In this document: positions 1-15,295 of the stretch, one piece after another
Numbering within the stretch: the stretch's first letter is position 1
Layout: every line of letters begins with the position of its first letter
Assembly: GCA_964016885.1 (NCBI GenBank)
Contig: OZ024744.1
Span: forward strand, 68,138,001 to 68,202,000
Source: Eledone cirrhosa
Taxonomy: Eukaryota
DNA: 64,000 nucleotides
Direction: 5' to 3'
Made by a program: the position numbers and the translations under genes
Notes under the pieces: generated by a model
The model's input: only the letters and a program-made list of their open reading frames with translations
The model's database searches: none
What the model was told of the DNA's origin: nothing

Positions 1-25
1 GACTGAGATTGGATGTACTTATGCA

Positions 26-95
<70 letters not shown>

Positions 96-884
96 TATGT
101 ATGGATGTATGTGTGTACATATGCGTGTATAGTTATATGTCAAAGCATGTGATCAGAGCAGAGAATGAGAGAAATGTTGAGAATGTGTGTAGGAGTTGGA
201 GTTTGAATGTTTGCCTTCGTATATAACTGTGTGCGTGTGTGTGTGTGTGTGTGTATGCGTGCGCGCGCATGCGCATATGTGTATGTCTGTATGTCTGTGT
301 GATTGGCCAGTGAAAGTGAACAGAATAGTGATGCAAAAAGATAGACAGGATCAAGAGAGAAGTGGGAATAGAGGGAGGGGGAGGGAGGGAGGAAAAGAGA
401 CAATGCAAAATAGAGAGAGGAATTAATATAAAGAGTTGGGTGCACAAAATGACAGCTTAAACATAAAGATATGATTTAAGTAAGACGATACAAAAAACTC
501 CCATGTACATACACCCTTCCCCGCACTCCCTCTCACCCATACACAGAAGCTTTCACTGAGAGGTTAAGACAAATTAAGTTGCAGAGAAAATTAGATGATG
601 GAGAAAGAAAGAGAGGATTGGGGGGGAGGGAGGGCAAAGAGAAAACAACACCACCACCACTATGACAAAAAATAAAAAAAAGATAAAAAATGAAATTATG
701 ACACACACACACACACAAACACAAACATCATTGTTACTGACTATTTTTTTTTTTTATTGTTTATATTCTGGGGGGCATCTGCTTAATGAATGACTTACAA
801 CACACACACACACACACTCATATATATGTATCATCAACAATGATAATGACATACATATATACATGCAGACATATTTTATATACC

Positions 885-944
<60 letters not shown>

Positions 945-3493
945 TATATACAAACATTCACACACACACACACACGCACATACTTACATTCATTCACATA
1001 CAAATATCCATACACACACACACAGACCTACTTCCATGCATGCATGCATACATGCATGCATGCTCAGAAAATGGTTAACTTTATTCCTGTGAAAAAAAAA
1101 ATAATCAATTGGCATTATTTACATAATCAACAAAAAATATACAAATAATATAATTAGAAAAAAAATAATACTTTAATGAATCTTTTTCGAACATGTTTCA
1201 AGTTTCAAACATGTTTTTTCTCTACTTCGTTAGGTTTTGTCAAATTTGGGTTTATAATATGACAATATTATATATAATATATAATATATAATATATATAA
1301 TATATATATATATAATAGATTCTTCACACTATGTGTATTGTGGTTTACATGCGCAAATATTAAAAGTGCTCAATATATGCTGTGGTAAAGTGATGTGTTA
1401 AGTCCATCAATGCGAGTGTGTATATATTATAATATTGTATTCATCACCCATACCATGGTTTCACGCAAGCAATTTGGTAGATGTTAGTTATCCACATGGA
1501 ATTGCTGTATGGAACTATGGTATGGATATAATTACATTTGTAATTTTCACACTCATGCACTATATATTATACACTAAATGTATATATATCATGGCAGTGC
1601 CCCAGTATGATCACAGCTGAAATTAGTAATATATATATAGTGTTGAAAATAAAAATAAAAATAAAAAAATATTAAAAACATTTTTATAAAGAAAAATGTT
1701 TCACCATTATTTTCAAGAATCCCTCCCTACTTTCTTTAATCAATTTCTTCGATCATGATACATATTAATGTTTATCATGTAAGGAAGAAATTATTATATC
1801 TCTTTTTTACCATACACACCCACAGCTGTATCTATCATGCCATTTTGGTGTGTACATCCCCTAAGCTCATAACCCAAAATGGCTACCATCAAATCATGTG
1901 CCTAAAGTGCAGTAGCTCTCAGGTCAGAATTGACCTGATTAGCCACACAACACAACATAGCCCCCCATGTACCCCAAAACTGACTGACATTCATTAAAGA
2001 TGGTCATACTCATTTATGAGTGACAAACAACAAAACACACACATTCTCAAGCCAATGGCGATGACACAGTTATTAAATAGACAGTCAAACTGGATGTGTT
2101 ACTGTTATGCAAGTTTTGGAACCTTACTATTGTGAAGTCAATGAAATCATACCAGAGTGGACTTAGCCTTTATACTATGGATAAATAAATTAAATAGCAG
2201 TAGTTCTAACAATTATATCCAACCCTTATGTTAGTGCTTATAGCCTAGCCATAAGGAATCATATCATATGGCATTCCACTACTTAGTTACATACATCAAG
2301 TACTAATAGAACTAGGAAGATGTAGATCTTGTTATTCTACTGTATATGTCTATAACCAATACTAATTTTACTGGTTTCTTTCCCCTTCTGTTGATTCTTT
2401 CTGGCAGGTTATTCTAATATAAAAGTCATCGAAACCCTGGTAAACAATCACATTAGCAAATTGTGAAGACAATGATAAAACAGTTGAATAACACAATCCA
2501 TAAAATTCTAGGAGTAATTGACAAAATAATCTACATAACAAGGTAATTCAAAGATTATGTTATATTTCATCTATATATATGAACATTTTGGATTTGGGGG
2601 AAAATGAAACCTATTTCAATAATAACAAAATATAATTTTAAAAAAAAATCTTTTAAACAATTCCACTTAAAGTGATTTAAGACTAATGTATGTAGGCAGA
2701 TAATTATATGTGTGTATGTGTGTATGTATACCCTGTTTAGTGGTTGTTTGTCAGCAAAACCATGAGTGCTTCGGTCAGCTTTTAAACATTGGTAAGTTGC
2801 TTGTTTTCACCTGGCTGGACTGGAAAAAGCAGAGAATGGTAGATAACATACATAATATCAGGTAATTTACCTTACATAAGTAAAAAACACATAGTTATGC
2901 CTCAAATACACAGTTATTTACCACTTTAATTACTGTGACGAATGCTCTTCTTTAATTTCTCAGCTTATACAGCACAATTGCTGATTACTACTTCCTGTCT
3001 ACTTAGAAAGAAACTGTATTTTCAAGTGGTCAGTGAATGACCAAATTCATTAGATTATTTATCAATCTAGCTACACGATGATCACTAAAACTAGCTAATT
3101 AGATACATAGCAATTACTGTTGTATCAATTAAGCAAAAGGGAAGATAAATGTCCTGTTTTATATTTTATGCTCCCCAGTCCACCTCTATAAAACTCCTTT
3201 TAAAAATATTGTGTAATTGTGTTAAACACACCAACTGCATACTACACAAACTTTGAAAAAAACCCAGAAATTTGATCTCTTTCTTAGAAGCATAACCCAT
3301 AGTATAAGCTCTTAAGTGTCCATATATGTATATATGTGGTTTTATTTTTTAGATATATTTCTGATCTTCGCAGAATTCAAGCCAGTTGCTAAGAAAGTGA
3401 CAAGGCTTCATTTATAAAAATGTATGTGTGTGTATGCATGTATGCATGTATGCATGTATGCATGTATGTATGTATGTATGTGTGTGTGTGTGT

Positions 3494-3566
<73 letters not shown>

Positions 3567-4249
3567 CATGCATGCATGCATGCATGTATGTAAGCATGTT
3601 TATATGTACATATGTAATGCATGTATGTTTGTGTGCATATATGCATATCTGTTAGTTTTTAAAGAACACGAGAAAAAGTACTCAATACCATAGTAGAATG
3701 CAACATTTTATTATTTAGACAGATCCAGTAGCCTTATCACTCTGTAGTTTCTGCTGGAATGTGGCCAGTTCTTTAAACAGTAAAAACAGGATCAAATCAT
3801 GACTTGATCCTATCCCAGGAACTGGTTACATGTCAGTGAAACTCCAGAGTATCAGTTTACTAGATCAAACTAAATAATAAAAACGATAATGATAATAATA
3901 ATGTGCACACACACACACACACACAAATTCCAAGCTGAACCTTCACTCTCCTACTGTTTGAACCCCACCGCATACCACCCTTGCAAATGAATGAATTCTA
4001 CTACACTTACTGAATATTCTCTTCCTCTTTTGTTTATCTCTGGGATTTTTACAAAGCTCTGAGGGGTTACAGTTAATATAAAGAATGATGTGATCATGTG
4101 CGGAGATGCTATAAAATGGCAAGTTCTTTTTCCGTCTTTAAGGGTTTTCACCCTATTTTATAAGCTAATTTACAGTACCTTCGCACATGAGCACACCACT
4201 CTTTATATATATATATATATACATATACATACATACACACACACACACA

Positions 4250-4349
4250 CAGTATCCCCCAAAAATGTATACACACTTTGATTACCTGTACAGGTAATAA
4301 TTATTAAAAAGCTGTTGAAGTGTGTATACATTTTTTGGGGGACACCCTG
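4250..4349. mobile_element. Tc1/mariner-type MITE (~100 bp)
   Basis: About 30-bp imperfect TIRs (CAG...CCCCAAAAATGTATACACACTT / AAGTGTGTATACATTTTTTGGGGGACACCCTG) followed by TA. A related copy lies at 37312-37410. Confidence 0.7.
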
Positions 4350-4381
4350 TATGTGTATCTATGTGTGTGTACATATATATA

Positions 4382-4419
<38 letters not shown>

Positions 4420-5162
4420 CTGTATTTGTAAACAAGTAAATAATCTTCAGCACAGAATACTGGCCTTCATGTTTGTTTATCTAAATACCACGTTTGTTTC
4501 ACAAATTCCCCCCGCCCCTTTTTTTTCTTATTAGTTTTGGTGGTGGGGGGACAGCATAACTACAACAAGCATAGTTTTTCTAACTTGCCATCATTTTCCT
4601 ATCAGTGTCTGGGGTCTCTAGGCGCATTAAGGCGCCTATAGAATAATCTCCCCTTAATATATAATGCAGTGTCAAGAGAAGCAATTCATAAAAATTTCTA
4701 ACATATTGAAGGTTAATGACTGTAGTAAGCTATAGAGGTGAAATTACCAAATAAATATAGCATTGGATTTCTACTAAGTTATGGATCAGGACATCAGGAC
4801 AACATCAGAGTTCATATATCTCTCTCTAAGGTATTTCATTGTGTGTATGAATCTACCAGTGTTATTCATCTAGATATCAGAACATGTATGTAGCAGATAT
4901 TTTGTAAAAGTTACCTGTGATACTCTAGCAATCTATCCTGGAGGGGTTATGGTATTTTTTTTAAATTCCATATACTTAAAACCATGAAACTGAAACCAAG
5001 TAATAATTCCAATTAGACCGTTGGGACGTTGAAATACATTTACATTTGCATTACAATATAACACAACCTTTTTCTTATTCAAGACTTTCAGACTATATCT
5101 CAGTATCTGACAACACCAAACCAAATGGAATCCGTAATTGCTGTTCCTAAAATAATAATAAC

Positions 5163-5193
<31 letters not shown>

Positions 5194-5899
5194 GTCATGA
5201 TTGCATCTTTCAGGAACTGCCAGTTCTATTTAGGTAAACCCACAAATTATTCAATTTTCAACAGTTACCATTAACCACACTAACAGTACCAAACCATTCC
5301 ATCCTTTTACTCTTGAGACACCACAACATATACACACAGAGTTCTTGCTTTAAGAAAGAACAAATTCAGGATAAATTTTAGAAAAAGAAAAAGAAAAGAA
5401 AAACATGTTACTGATTGTGATTAATTTCAAATAAGAACTATCATAGTAAATAATTAAGTATATTTTAATTGATGTGGGTTTGGATTGTTTGTTTAGGTAG
5501 ATACTCTGTTAGAAGTTAGTTTATTGATATGATTTAGAGTTGTTGTTGTTTAGCCCTAGGTCAACCTTGACCATCCTGTTTTGATATCCATGACAACATG
5601 ATCAAATCTGTCTTTTTTTTTGTTTTATAAAAAGACAATAAGGATTATTTGAAGAAGATTTGGCTGTAAAATTTAGCAGGTGACCATGTAGAAACTTTCT
5701 TGTTGCAGAGCTGTATGTAGAAACAGCATTTATCTCAAGAATATAAACACTCTAGGAGAATTATTTTAATATGAAAGTATAATGGAGATAAAACAGAGTA
5801 ATAAATTTCAACTTTGTTGCTGTTAGTTTTAGCCATGAGCAGATTTACTTATGTAGATATCTGTGGCATTGATGCAAATTTTGTTTACACATCTCTGAT

Positions 5900-6242
5900 G
5901 GAGGCACATGGCTTAGTGGTTAGAGCTTTGGCCTTGCAATCGAAAGGTTGTGAGTTCAATTCTCAGACTGGGTGATGTGTTGTTTCTTTGAGCAAGACAC
6001 TTTATTTTACATTGCTCCAGTTTACTCAGCTGTAGAAATGAGATGATAGGGACTGGGGTCCCTATCATTCCACTGCAAAGTGGTCGTGGAGGTGCCACGG
6101 CAAAAAAGCACCCATCACTCACTGTAAATGAGGTTGGTGTTAGGAAGGGCATCCAGCTGTAGAAATCAAGCCAGAATCAGTTCCTGTCCCACCCTTGCAA
6201 GCAGGGAAAAGCAGACGTAAAATGAAATGATGAATGATGATG
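5900..6242 (+). mobile_element. tRNA-derived SINE with RTE-like 3' tail
   Basis: A-box-like TGGCTTAGTGG and B-box-like GAGTTCAATTC. The tail GGTTGGTGTTAGGAAGGGC...GACGT...(ATG)n is shared with the RTE 3' ends in this window. Near-identical copy at 27311-27629 (-). Confidence 0.85.
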
Positions 6243-7589
6243 TTTGTAGCTTTCACGTGGTCACTATCTCCAAGATAGAAGAAATATGTTAAGGGATACT
6301 GGCTCTTTTTTTTTTAGCAGAACAAAGCTTTGGGCTTGACAGATGAGAACCTAATTTATTACAGTGTAAGTAGACTGTTGAGGTAAGATGTTACTGTAAC
6401 ATTGAATAAGCTTAAGTGACTAGATTAAAGTTGTTCCACATGTGTGGTCTACATTTTAAAGACAAGGTAGCCTGTTGAGGTGAGATTTGACTGTAACATT
6501 GAATAAGCTCAAGTGACTTTATAGGACTTCCTTCATTGACACTGTTAAGACAAGAATTGACTGCTACAATGCTTAGTCAAGTAAGTGAAAACACAAAAGT
6601 TACTACACTGAGTCAGCAGCAAACCTCTTCTTAAATTATTATGACCATCATCATTTAACACTCGTCTTCCTTGCTAGAAAGGGTTGGACAGGTCTTCACA
6701 GACAGAGTCAGTACTCAATTAAGGCTACATATCTCTCAAATGGACTTGCATCTTAGTTAAATACAATTCCATGCTCTACGGAGATCATTTTATCATGGCA
6801 CCAGAACTAGGTAGGTTGTCATGTCTTTGACACAACAGAAGAGTCTTCCTAACTCTTTGATTGGGAGGTTTTCTATGACTGTATGCCCTTCTTACACATG
6901 AGCAAAATGTTCTAGCATTGAAAACCTGGGTACATTAGGAGACTGGTATAATGAGAACAAAAATAAATATAAAAGAAGAAAACTTCTGTGAAAAAAAGCA
7001 AAGCAGGAGAAACCGTTTTTGGTTGTTGATCTGAAGATAGAGAATACACCTTCACTACATGAAAATGTAAAAATGAATGGCTTCCAAGATGACCTAATGA
7101 GAACAATTAAAAATCTTCTAAAAGCAGGTTCCACGTAATTTGTCTTTGTTATAAGTTTCTCTATTAATTAATAATAAGTAAACAACAACAAAACATTAGT
7201 AGTGTATATATATGTATATATATGCATGTGTGTGTGTGTGTGTGTGTGTGTGAGAGATCAATTATAACAATATACATGTGTGAATATATGTATTGTGTGT
7301 ATGCCTGTGTGTCTATAAATGAAAGACAGAGAGAACAGGTGTATGTGCAAGAGTGAGTGAGTGTATATAAAAGAGGGACTTTGTGAAAACGTGTGCGCAT
7401 GGAAAGGAGAGTGTAAGTGAAAATGTAAGATAATGTAAAAATTAAGTGAGAAATATAGATGAGAGAGATGTGAGAAAGTGAAAGAGGATGATAGCAAAAT
7501 AAGTAGGAGAGAGAGCCACAAGTGAGATAAGAATGGGTTTGTAAGAAAGGTGTACAGAGAAATGTATATATGGAGAAGGGAGATGGATA

Positions 7590-10500
7590 TGGACTGAGAA
7601 GACTGCGGAATCTGCTACCCATGAAGTAATTGCCATTGGGGTACCAGAGGACAAGGCTGATCTTCAGGCATTTGCTGCCAGCTCAGCCAAAGACCTAGGC
7701 TGTGTTCCCCCAAAAGGTGCTCTCCGCCTTGGTCGACCTGGTCCAAAACCCAGACTCATCAGGTCTTTTTCGGACCCCCGCTGAGGCAATCTCATACCAT
7801 CTGGCCTCTGTTAAAGCTGGGCGTGAAAATCGGATTACCTTCCGAACACGCCCAGGCCTACCACCCCATGTACGTCCAAAGCTCCGTGCTGCAGCTTCCT
7901 TGAATCGGAACTCAGCACAACATGAAAGTTTTAGTCTGCGTGATGATGGACAGATCTGGAGGTTTGTTAAGGCTGGTGAAACGTGGAAGAGAGATGCCAG
8001 CTGGTCTGAGTGTAATCTGCCCACGGTGGCTAGCAATGAGAAAACTGCTACAGCTCTGGGAAACTAGGCCAGAACAACCTGCCACCCTCTACACACCATC
8101 ATAAACTGCGAGCAGGGTACAAATTGTTGTCCTTAAATGCTCGCAGTTTATGCAACAAGATACATCCGTTTGAATCCTACGTCAGAAGCATCGACCCTGA
8201 CTTCCTCACAGTCGCGGAAACATGGGCACATTCCTTACTCTGTGATGGGGGTTTTCAGCATTACTGGGTACAACCTTTTCCGCAAAGACCGCATTAATCG
8301 CCGTGGTGGTGGTGTGATGGTCTACGTTCGTTCAAACTTTTCGGTAATTCCTTGCGTTGATTTGAACGAATCACAGGAAGAATTTTTTTTCTGTGACATA
8401 CGTATGACCATGTCAACACTTCTGCTTGGTGTTGTTTATCGCCCCCTAAACTACCATCAGGACACACAGCTTTGCGATATCCTCAGAGTTGCTGCCAAGA
8501 AAACAGCCACTTATGTGTTTATTGTAGGTGACTTCAATCATCCTGAGATCGATTGGGAAACCTTTCGTTGGCCACAAGGTGCAAACGATTTCCTTGAACT
8601 AGTGCTGGACTCAAACTGGTCACAAGTAGTCACCTCTCCAACAAGAGGTGACAACACTTTGGACCTGATCTTCACCACTACTCCTGAAGTGGTTATCACT
8701 TATACTACTGAGGAACCTCTAGGCGACTCTGATCATGCTATGATCATTGCCAATCTGGTACTTGAGGGCAGCAACAAAAACCAGAGCCATCTCCAATCTG
8801 CTTGCTTTGATTGGAAGAAAGCAGATTGGAACTTGTATTGCACTGAGCTACAGCGCCCAAACTGGCATGAGATGTATAACTCTGGAGATGTGAACACTAT
8901 ACTCCAGAGCATCCTGGACTCAATATGGATAGTGTGTGCAGCATCGGTGCCATGTAAGCAGAAAAAAAACCACCCCAAAAGTGCAATTTGGGAAACTTCA
9001 GCGGTCCGACTTGCCAGGAAAGAACGTCGGAACGCTGAACGGGAATATAAACTGCATAAATCAGATGCCAACAGAAAAAAGCGGAATAAATCTTCTAACC
9101 ATCTCAAGCAAGTGACAAAGAAGGCAGTGCTTGAATTTGAACAGTGCATAGCAACCAATCCTGACAGTAAGGTGTTCTGGAAATATGTTCATTCAAAGTA
9201 GAGACCTCACTCTCCAGTTGGTCCTCTTCGCAATCCCCACACAAGCCAGATCACTGACGATCCCAAAGAATGCGCAGAACTCATTGCTGAGTGCTATGCA
9301 AGTATTTTTACTGTTGAAAACCAGAATGTACCATCTCCACCATCTCTAACATCAAATTCCATAACAACTATGGAATTTACACCTGCAATGTTGCGACGTC
9401 ACCTTAAGAATAAGCGCAACTATGCCTCCCCTGGTCTTGATGGTGTTACATATCTGCTTCTCAAGCGTGGCGAGTATTTCCTTTTGCGCCAGCTTTCTTT
9501 CTTCTTTCAATACTGTCTCAACAATGGTGCTACTCTTGAGCAGTGGAAAACTGCCAGTGTCATTCCCCTGTTCAAAAAGGGCAACCGCATGTCACCTGTC
9601 AACTATCGTCCAGTCAGTCTTACTAGCTGTATGGCCAAACTGATGGAATCCTGTGTCAGAGAAACACTTTGGAACTTCTGGAGCTCTCACAGCCTCATCC
9701 GACCCTCACAGTTTGGATTTACCCCTAACTCCAGCTGCTGTGATCAGCTTATCGAGTTCCTTGAAGACATCACCCGGATCACTGACAGTGGCTCATGGGT
9801 GGATGTTGTTTACCTTGACTTTGCTAAGGCTTTTAATTCTGTGCCACACAAAAGACTTATGGCAAAACTCTCTGCAATGGGTGTGAGGGATGATCTTTTC
9901 GACTGGTTGAAATCCTTCATTCTCAGCCGAAAAGAAGTAGTCACGGTTCTAGGACAGCATTCTTCACCATATGAGATGTCATCTGGTGTACCACAGGGAT
10001 CTGTTCTTGGTCCCCTTTTGTTTGTGGCATATATTAATGACATAGATGCCAACTTACAGAATGCCACGGAACTGAAATATGCAGATGACATCAAGCTGTA
10101 CCTTGAAATCAAAAGGACTGATCCTGAAATCTACAACTCTTTCCTACAATCGGACCTGGACACAATGCAGCAATGGATCACAGACTGGCAACTGAAGCTG
10201 GCTGTGGACAAGTGTACCACCATGCATTTTGGGAGGAAAAATCCAGCGTCCACATACTCCCTCCACAACACTGATATCAAGAAGTCCTCTTGTGAACGTG
10301 ACCTGGGCATTACTGTCAGCAGCGATTTGCGTTGGACAAAGCATGTCTCTAAGATTGTCAAGAAGGCCGAGGGTGTCTTGGCATCACTCAGCAAGACTTT
10401 TGTTAGCCGCTCTCCAGCCATCTATTTAAAACTGTATACAGCTATGGTACAACCACACTTGGAATTCGCATCACCAGTCTGGAACCCCTATCTTGCTCAG

Positions 10501-11172
10501 AACATTGACCTCCTGGAAACTGTTCAGAGACGTGCAACCAAGCGCATACCCTCCATTCAGACACCTACCATACTCTGAACGCCTTGCTTCCGTGGGCATG
10601 GATTCATTGAAGCTCCGACGTCTGGCAATGGACTTGGTAAATATCAACAAAGTTATTAACCATCTCGCCAATTGCAACCCTGAGCACCTTTTTGATCTCC
10701 ATGTGTCTAACACGTGGACATGCCTACAAAATCAGAAAACAGCACAGCTCCCATGACTTTCGTAGACATTTTTCCACGCTCAGAGTTGCTGAAGCATGGA
10801 ACAAACTGCCTGCGTCAGTTGTTAACTGCCGAGACACTGCATCCTTTAAGACACTCATGCTTCCCGAAATACGCCAAAACTACACCTGATGTACCCCTTC
10901 CATACACATGCACACTTGTATCATGACTCGTGCACTGTTCATTTTCCTGATATTTGTGCATTGCCCTATGTACTATACATGCACTTTTTGATGAGCTGTG
11001 GTGCACCTGGGCACTGTACACAATATTTCATTATTATTATTATTATATCATGACTCATACACTGTTCATTTTCCTGACATTTGTACATTATTCTATGTAC
11101 TATACATGCACCTTTGATGAGTTGTAGTGCACCTGAGCACTGTACACAATAATTTCATTATTATTATTATTA
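7590..11172 (+). mobile_element. CR1-type LINE, 5'-truncated in ORF1, ORF2 disrupted
   Basis: ORF1 remnant (VIAIGVPE...RLGRPGPKPRLI). APE motifs (LNARSL...ETW in a shifted frame, GDFN, PTRGDNTLDL, SDH). RT motifs (YLDFAKAF, GVPQGSVLGPLLF, YADD). CR1-like C-terminus (RGHAYKI...WNKLP). (ATT)n tail. Confidence 0.92.
8130..10889 (+). pseudogene. LINE ORF2 (endonuclease-reverse transcriptase) pseudogene
   Basis: ORFs 8137-9201 and 9370-10578 are in the same frame, split by TAG at 9199-9201. Frameshifts near 8240, 10560 and 10710. Confidence 0.88.
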
Positions 11173-11174
11173 TA

Positions 11175-11700
11175 AAGGTAGATGTGGGAAGGGCGCTAAA
11201 TGTGAATAAAGGAAGATAGATGTGGCAAGGGCGCTAAATGTGGATAAAGGAAGATAGATGTGGCAAGGGCGCTAAATATGGATAAAGGAAGATAGATGTG
11301 GCAAGGGCGCTAAATGTGGATAAAGGAAGATAGATGTGGCAAGGGTGCTAAATGTGGATAAAGGAAGATAGATGTGGCAAGGGTGCTAAATGTGGATAAA
11401 GGAAGATAGATGTGGCAAGGGTGCTAAATGTGGATAAAGGAAGATAGATGTGGCAAGGGTGCTAAATGTGGATAAAGGAAGATAGATGTGGGAAGGGCGC
11501 TAAATGTGGATAAAGGAAGATAGATGTGGGAAGGGAAAATAGATGTGGGAAAATAATATAGATGTGAAGAAGGGAGAAATAGCTGTGGGAAAGGAAGATA
11601 GATGTGGGAAGGGATACATGTGGGAAAAGATAGATCTAGGGAGATAGATGTGAGCAAAGGAACATAGATGTGGGAAGGGAGATATGGGAAAGGAAGGATG
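11175..11700. repeat. 38-bp minisatellite (~9.5 regular copies, then degenerate)
   Basis: Unit AAATGTGGATAAAGGAAGATAGATGTGGCAAGGGCGCT; period 38 (11221, 11259 ...). Confidence 0.93.
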
Positions 11701-12779
11701 CAAAAAGAATAGGTGACTTGAAGGAGAATATTTGGAAGAGAAACAAAAGAAAAAAAATGTATACATCATCCAAATTTTGGAAGATATGATACATGCACTT
11801 ACACACACACATATACACACTCACATATACACCCATACACAGATACATGCAAGCAAACAAACTGACATACATCCATACAAAACTAGAAAAAAAAATTAGT
11901 TGTAATATTTGAAAAAAAAAAAAATCAAAAAGTCACATCTGTTCTATTTTGGATTAAAGTTTGATAAACAAATAACAATTATTATTACTACTAAAACTAC
12001 TACAAATTACTACTACTGTTAATGTTATTAGTGTTGCAATAATATGTTATACCAAAACAAACTCCCAATGAACATTCTTTATATACATAGGCACAATTTT
12101 ACACACACATATATACATATATACATAGAGACACTCACACCTATAAACACACACATGTACATAGATAGCATCAGCAAGTCAAACATTATTTTCTTGATTA
12201 TAACTGATGATTGACTCCTTCCTTTTTATGGATATATATATATATGTATATATGTATGTTTCAAATATATACTTATATACACACTCAATTTGTATACATT
12301 TGATATATTTGATATATTTAATATGAAATTGCTCAATACACACTCGTGTTAGAAGTATACTGAGTCTGGAATGTTTTTACTTATGTAAAGTTAGATAATA
12401 TGCTGACCCACAGTCTAGTTCAATTGACCTCTCGGCTGACTGTACTATATTTTTCCCCTCATCTTCAGGGTTGACTAGAGGAGCAGTCAACATAAAGGCA
12501 ACATGGGGTTCAGATAATGTCAACATCTTATGTGGTTCAGATGTCAACCTCATATATAAATATACATATATGTATACATACACACACTCCGTCATACATA
12601 AGATATATGCACATACACTATATACATCAAATAGACACAGATTACACATCTAACATTATTTTTGAAGACATAGTAGTAGTAGTAATATTAATAGCAGTAG
12701 TAGTAACATTAATAATTGTAGCAATAGTAGCAGTAGTAGTAGTAATAATAATAATAATAATAATAATAATGGTTTAAAG

Positions 12780-12830
<51 letters not shown>

Positions 12831-13167
12831 GTAGTAGTAGTAGTAGTAGTAATAGTGATAATATTAAGAAATACAATTGACATGAAAACATTGAATGTAA
12901 CAACATACAATACCCCCAATTACAAGAATATATAAAGGAAAACACACCACACCATGAACTCTTTTCAGTTATGCTCTTCCTTAAAATAAACAAACAGAAA
13001 TGGTATTCAAGAAAAAAAAAAAAAAAAAAAAAAAAAATGGAATAAATTTGATGAGAACAATTAACAGTTTTTTTTCTTTTCTTTTTTTTTTAGAAGCTGA
13101 ATCTCAAAAACTGGAAATTATTTTTGTTTCATTTTTCCGGCTGAGTATCATTTGTTGTTATTTTCTT

Positions 13168-13259
<92 letters not shown>

Positions 13260-13263
13260 TATG

Positions 13264-13409
<146 letters not shown>

Positions 13410-13987
13410 GGTATATATATATATATATATATATATATTTTTTTTCTCTTCTCACTTATTGTTTGTAACCTTTCATGTGATCTGGTTATATTTCATTGAA
13501 GAGACGAAGAATGGTTAAAAGAAACAAAAAGTAATTAAAATATTTTCCTTTTTTTTTTTTCTTTAACTTTGCACAAATCTCATACAAACTCCTTCCCTAC
13601 CAAAATTTTCTCTACGAAGATCATCAACCTTATAGGATTTGAAAAAGTAGATTGACAGGAATGACTATGAAAGTCCGACAGGAATTAAAAGTACCACTAT
13701 GGGCACTGCTCCACAATAAAACCTTTTTTTTCCCCCTGAGGTTTATAATTTTCTGAAAAAATTTTCCCTACAGAACTGCAGAAGTTTCAGCTGAACATCA
13801 ATCACCCCCACCCACCAGGAACCTAACCAGTTTGAAAGAACCTGCAAAGTTTTCCTCACTCAGAGACTAAAATAAATAACTTAGAAAACACCTCGGTGTC
13901 ATATAACAAAACTTTGGCACACAAGATTCAAAGATTCATAAAATTGGCTGAGGTGAATATAGGAAATTAATTAAACTAAGCCTAGTT

Positions 13988-14025
<38 letters not shown>

Positions 14026-14644
14026 GTGGTGCTTTTATCAATTCTAAAAAGAATGGGAAGTACAGAAAATTCTAACAGAAGAATCTGAATTCAGAGTGTA
14101 AAGAAAGATTTCTAAATAGTGCAAGGTATTTAGTCTTGAAATTTATCATTTCTGTAACTTCACCAACTTATAAAACTATAATAATTGTTTCTAGCAATTA
14201 TTCTTTGTTTATTTCTTTTAGAATTGACTAAAAAGTAGAAAATGTATTTGGAGACATTGTTTTCTTTTTTGTTAAGATAAGAAATTGAGCGGTTTTTGTA
14301 CATAGTTCTTCCAATCCTATTATCTATCTAAGTACAAAAGCCTCTTACATAGTTAAATTCTGTTTACATTGCTTCGATTCTATAGTGGGAACAACCCACT
14401 AAATATAACTATTAGCAAAATATATGTTGTCGATTCAATAGATCAAATCCCTCACTTACAAAATGTAGCCTTAGGCATAGTCAAAAGAAATCAATAATAG
14501 AAAACTTGCAGTGCCCCAGCATGGCCACAGTGCACTGGCTGAAATTAGAAAAAGAGTATAAACATTCAAAGCTAAACAAAACACATTATAGGAACTGAAG
14601 TAGCCTTCTTCTTTTGTTTGCCATATATACATATATATATATAC

Positions 14645-14703
<59 letters not shown>

Positions 14704-15193
14704 TATATATAATTACACAATATATGATATACATATGTATATATATATGATATATCTATGTCTATATATGATATACATATAATATACATGATATATACAC
14801 ACACATATATGTACATATGTATACACACACACACACACACATTTATATATATACATAATATATATATATACATAATATATATATATGCGTGTATATAATA
14901 TATATAAATATATATGTATATAAAATATATGTATATAATATATATAAATATATATGTATATAATATATATATATGTATATAATATATATAAATATATATG
15001 TATATAATATATATAAATATGTGTATATAATATATATAAATATATATGTATATAATATATATATATATGTATATAATATATATATAATATATATATATAT
15101 GTATATAATTTATATATATATAATCATATAACATTTTATGTGTATGTATATATATGTATATAATATATATATATGTTTGTATATTATATGCAC

Positions 15194-15295
<102 letters not shown>

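Noticed and set aside
2741-2791. Possible 51-nt + strand micro-exon (ttAG...G|GTAAGT)
   Set aside because: No partner exons or recognisable protein; could be chance.
6917-7137. Coding-looking + strand stretch (IENLGTLGDWY...)
   Set aside because: Internal stop, no recognisable motif or splice context.
7702-8067. Standalone 121-aa gene
   Set aside because: Better explained as the frameshifted 3' part of LINE ORF1.
11175-11535. 38-bp repeat array as CRISPR
   Set aside because: No unique spacers and no cas genes; eukaryotic minisatellite.
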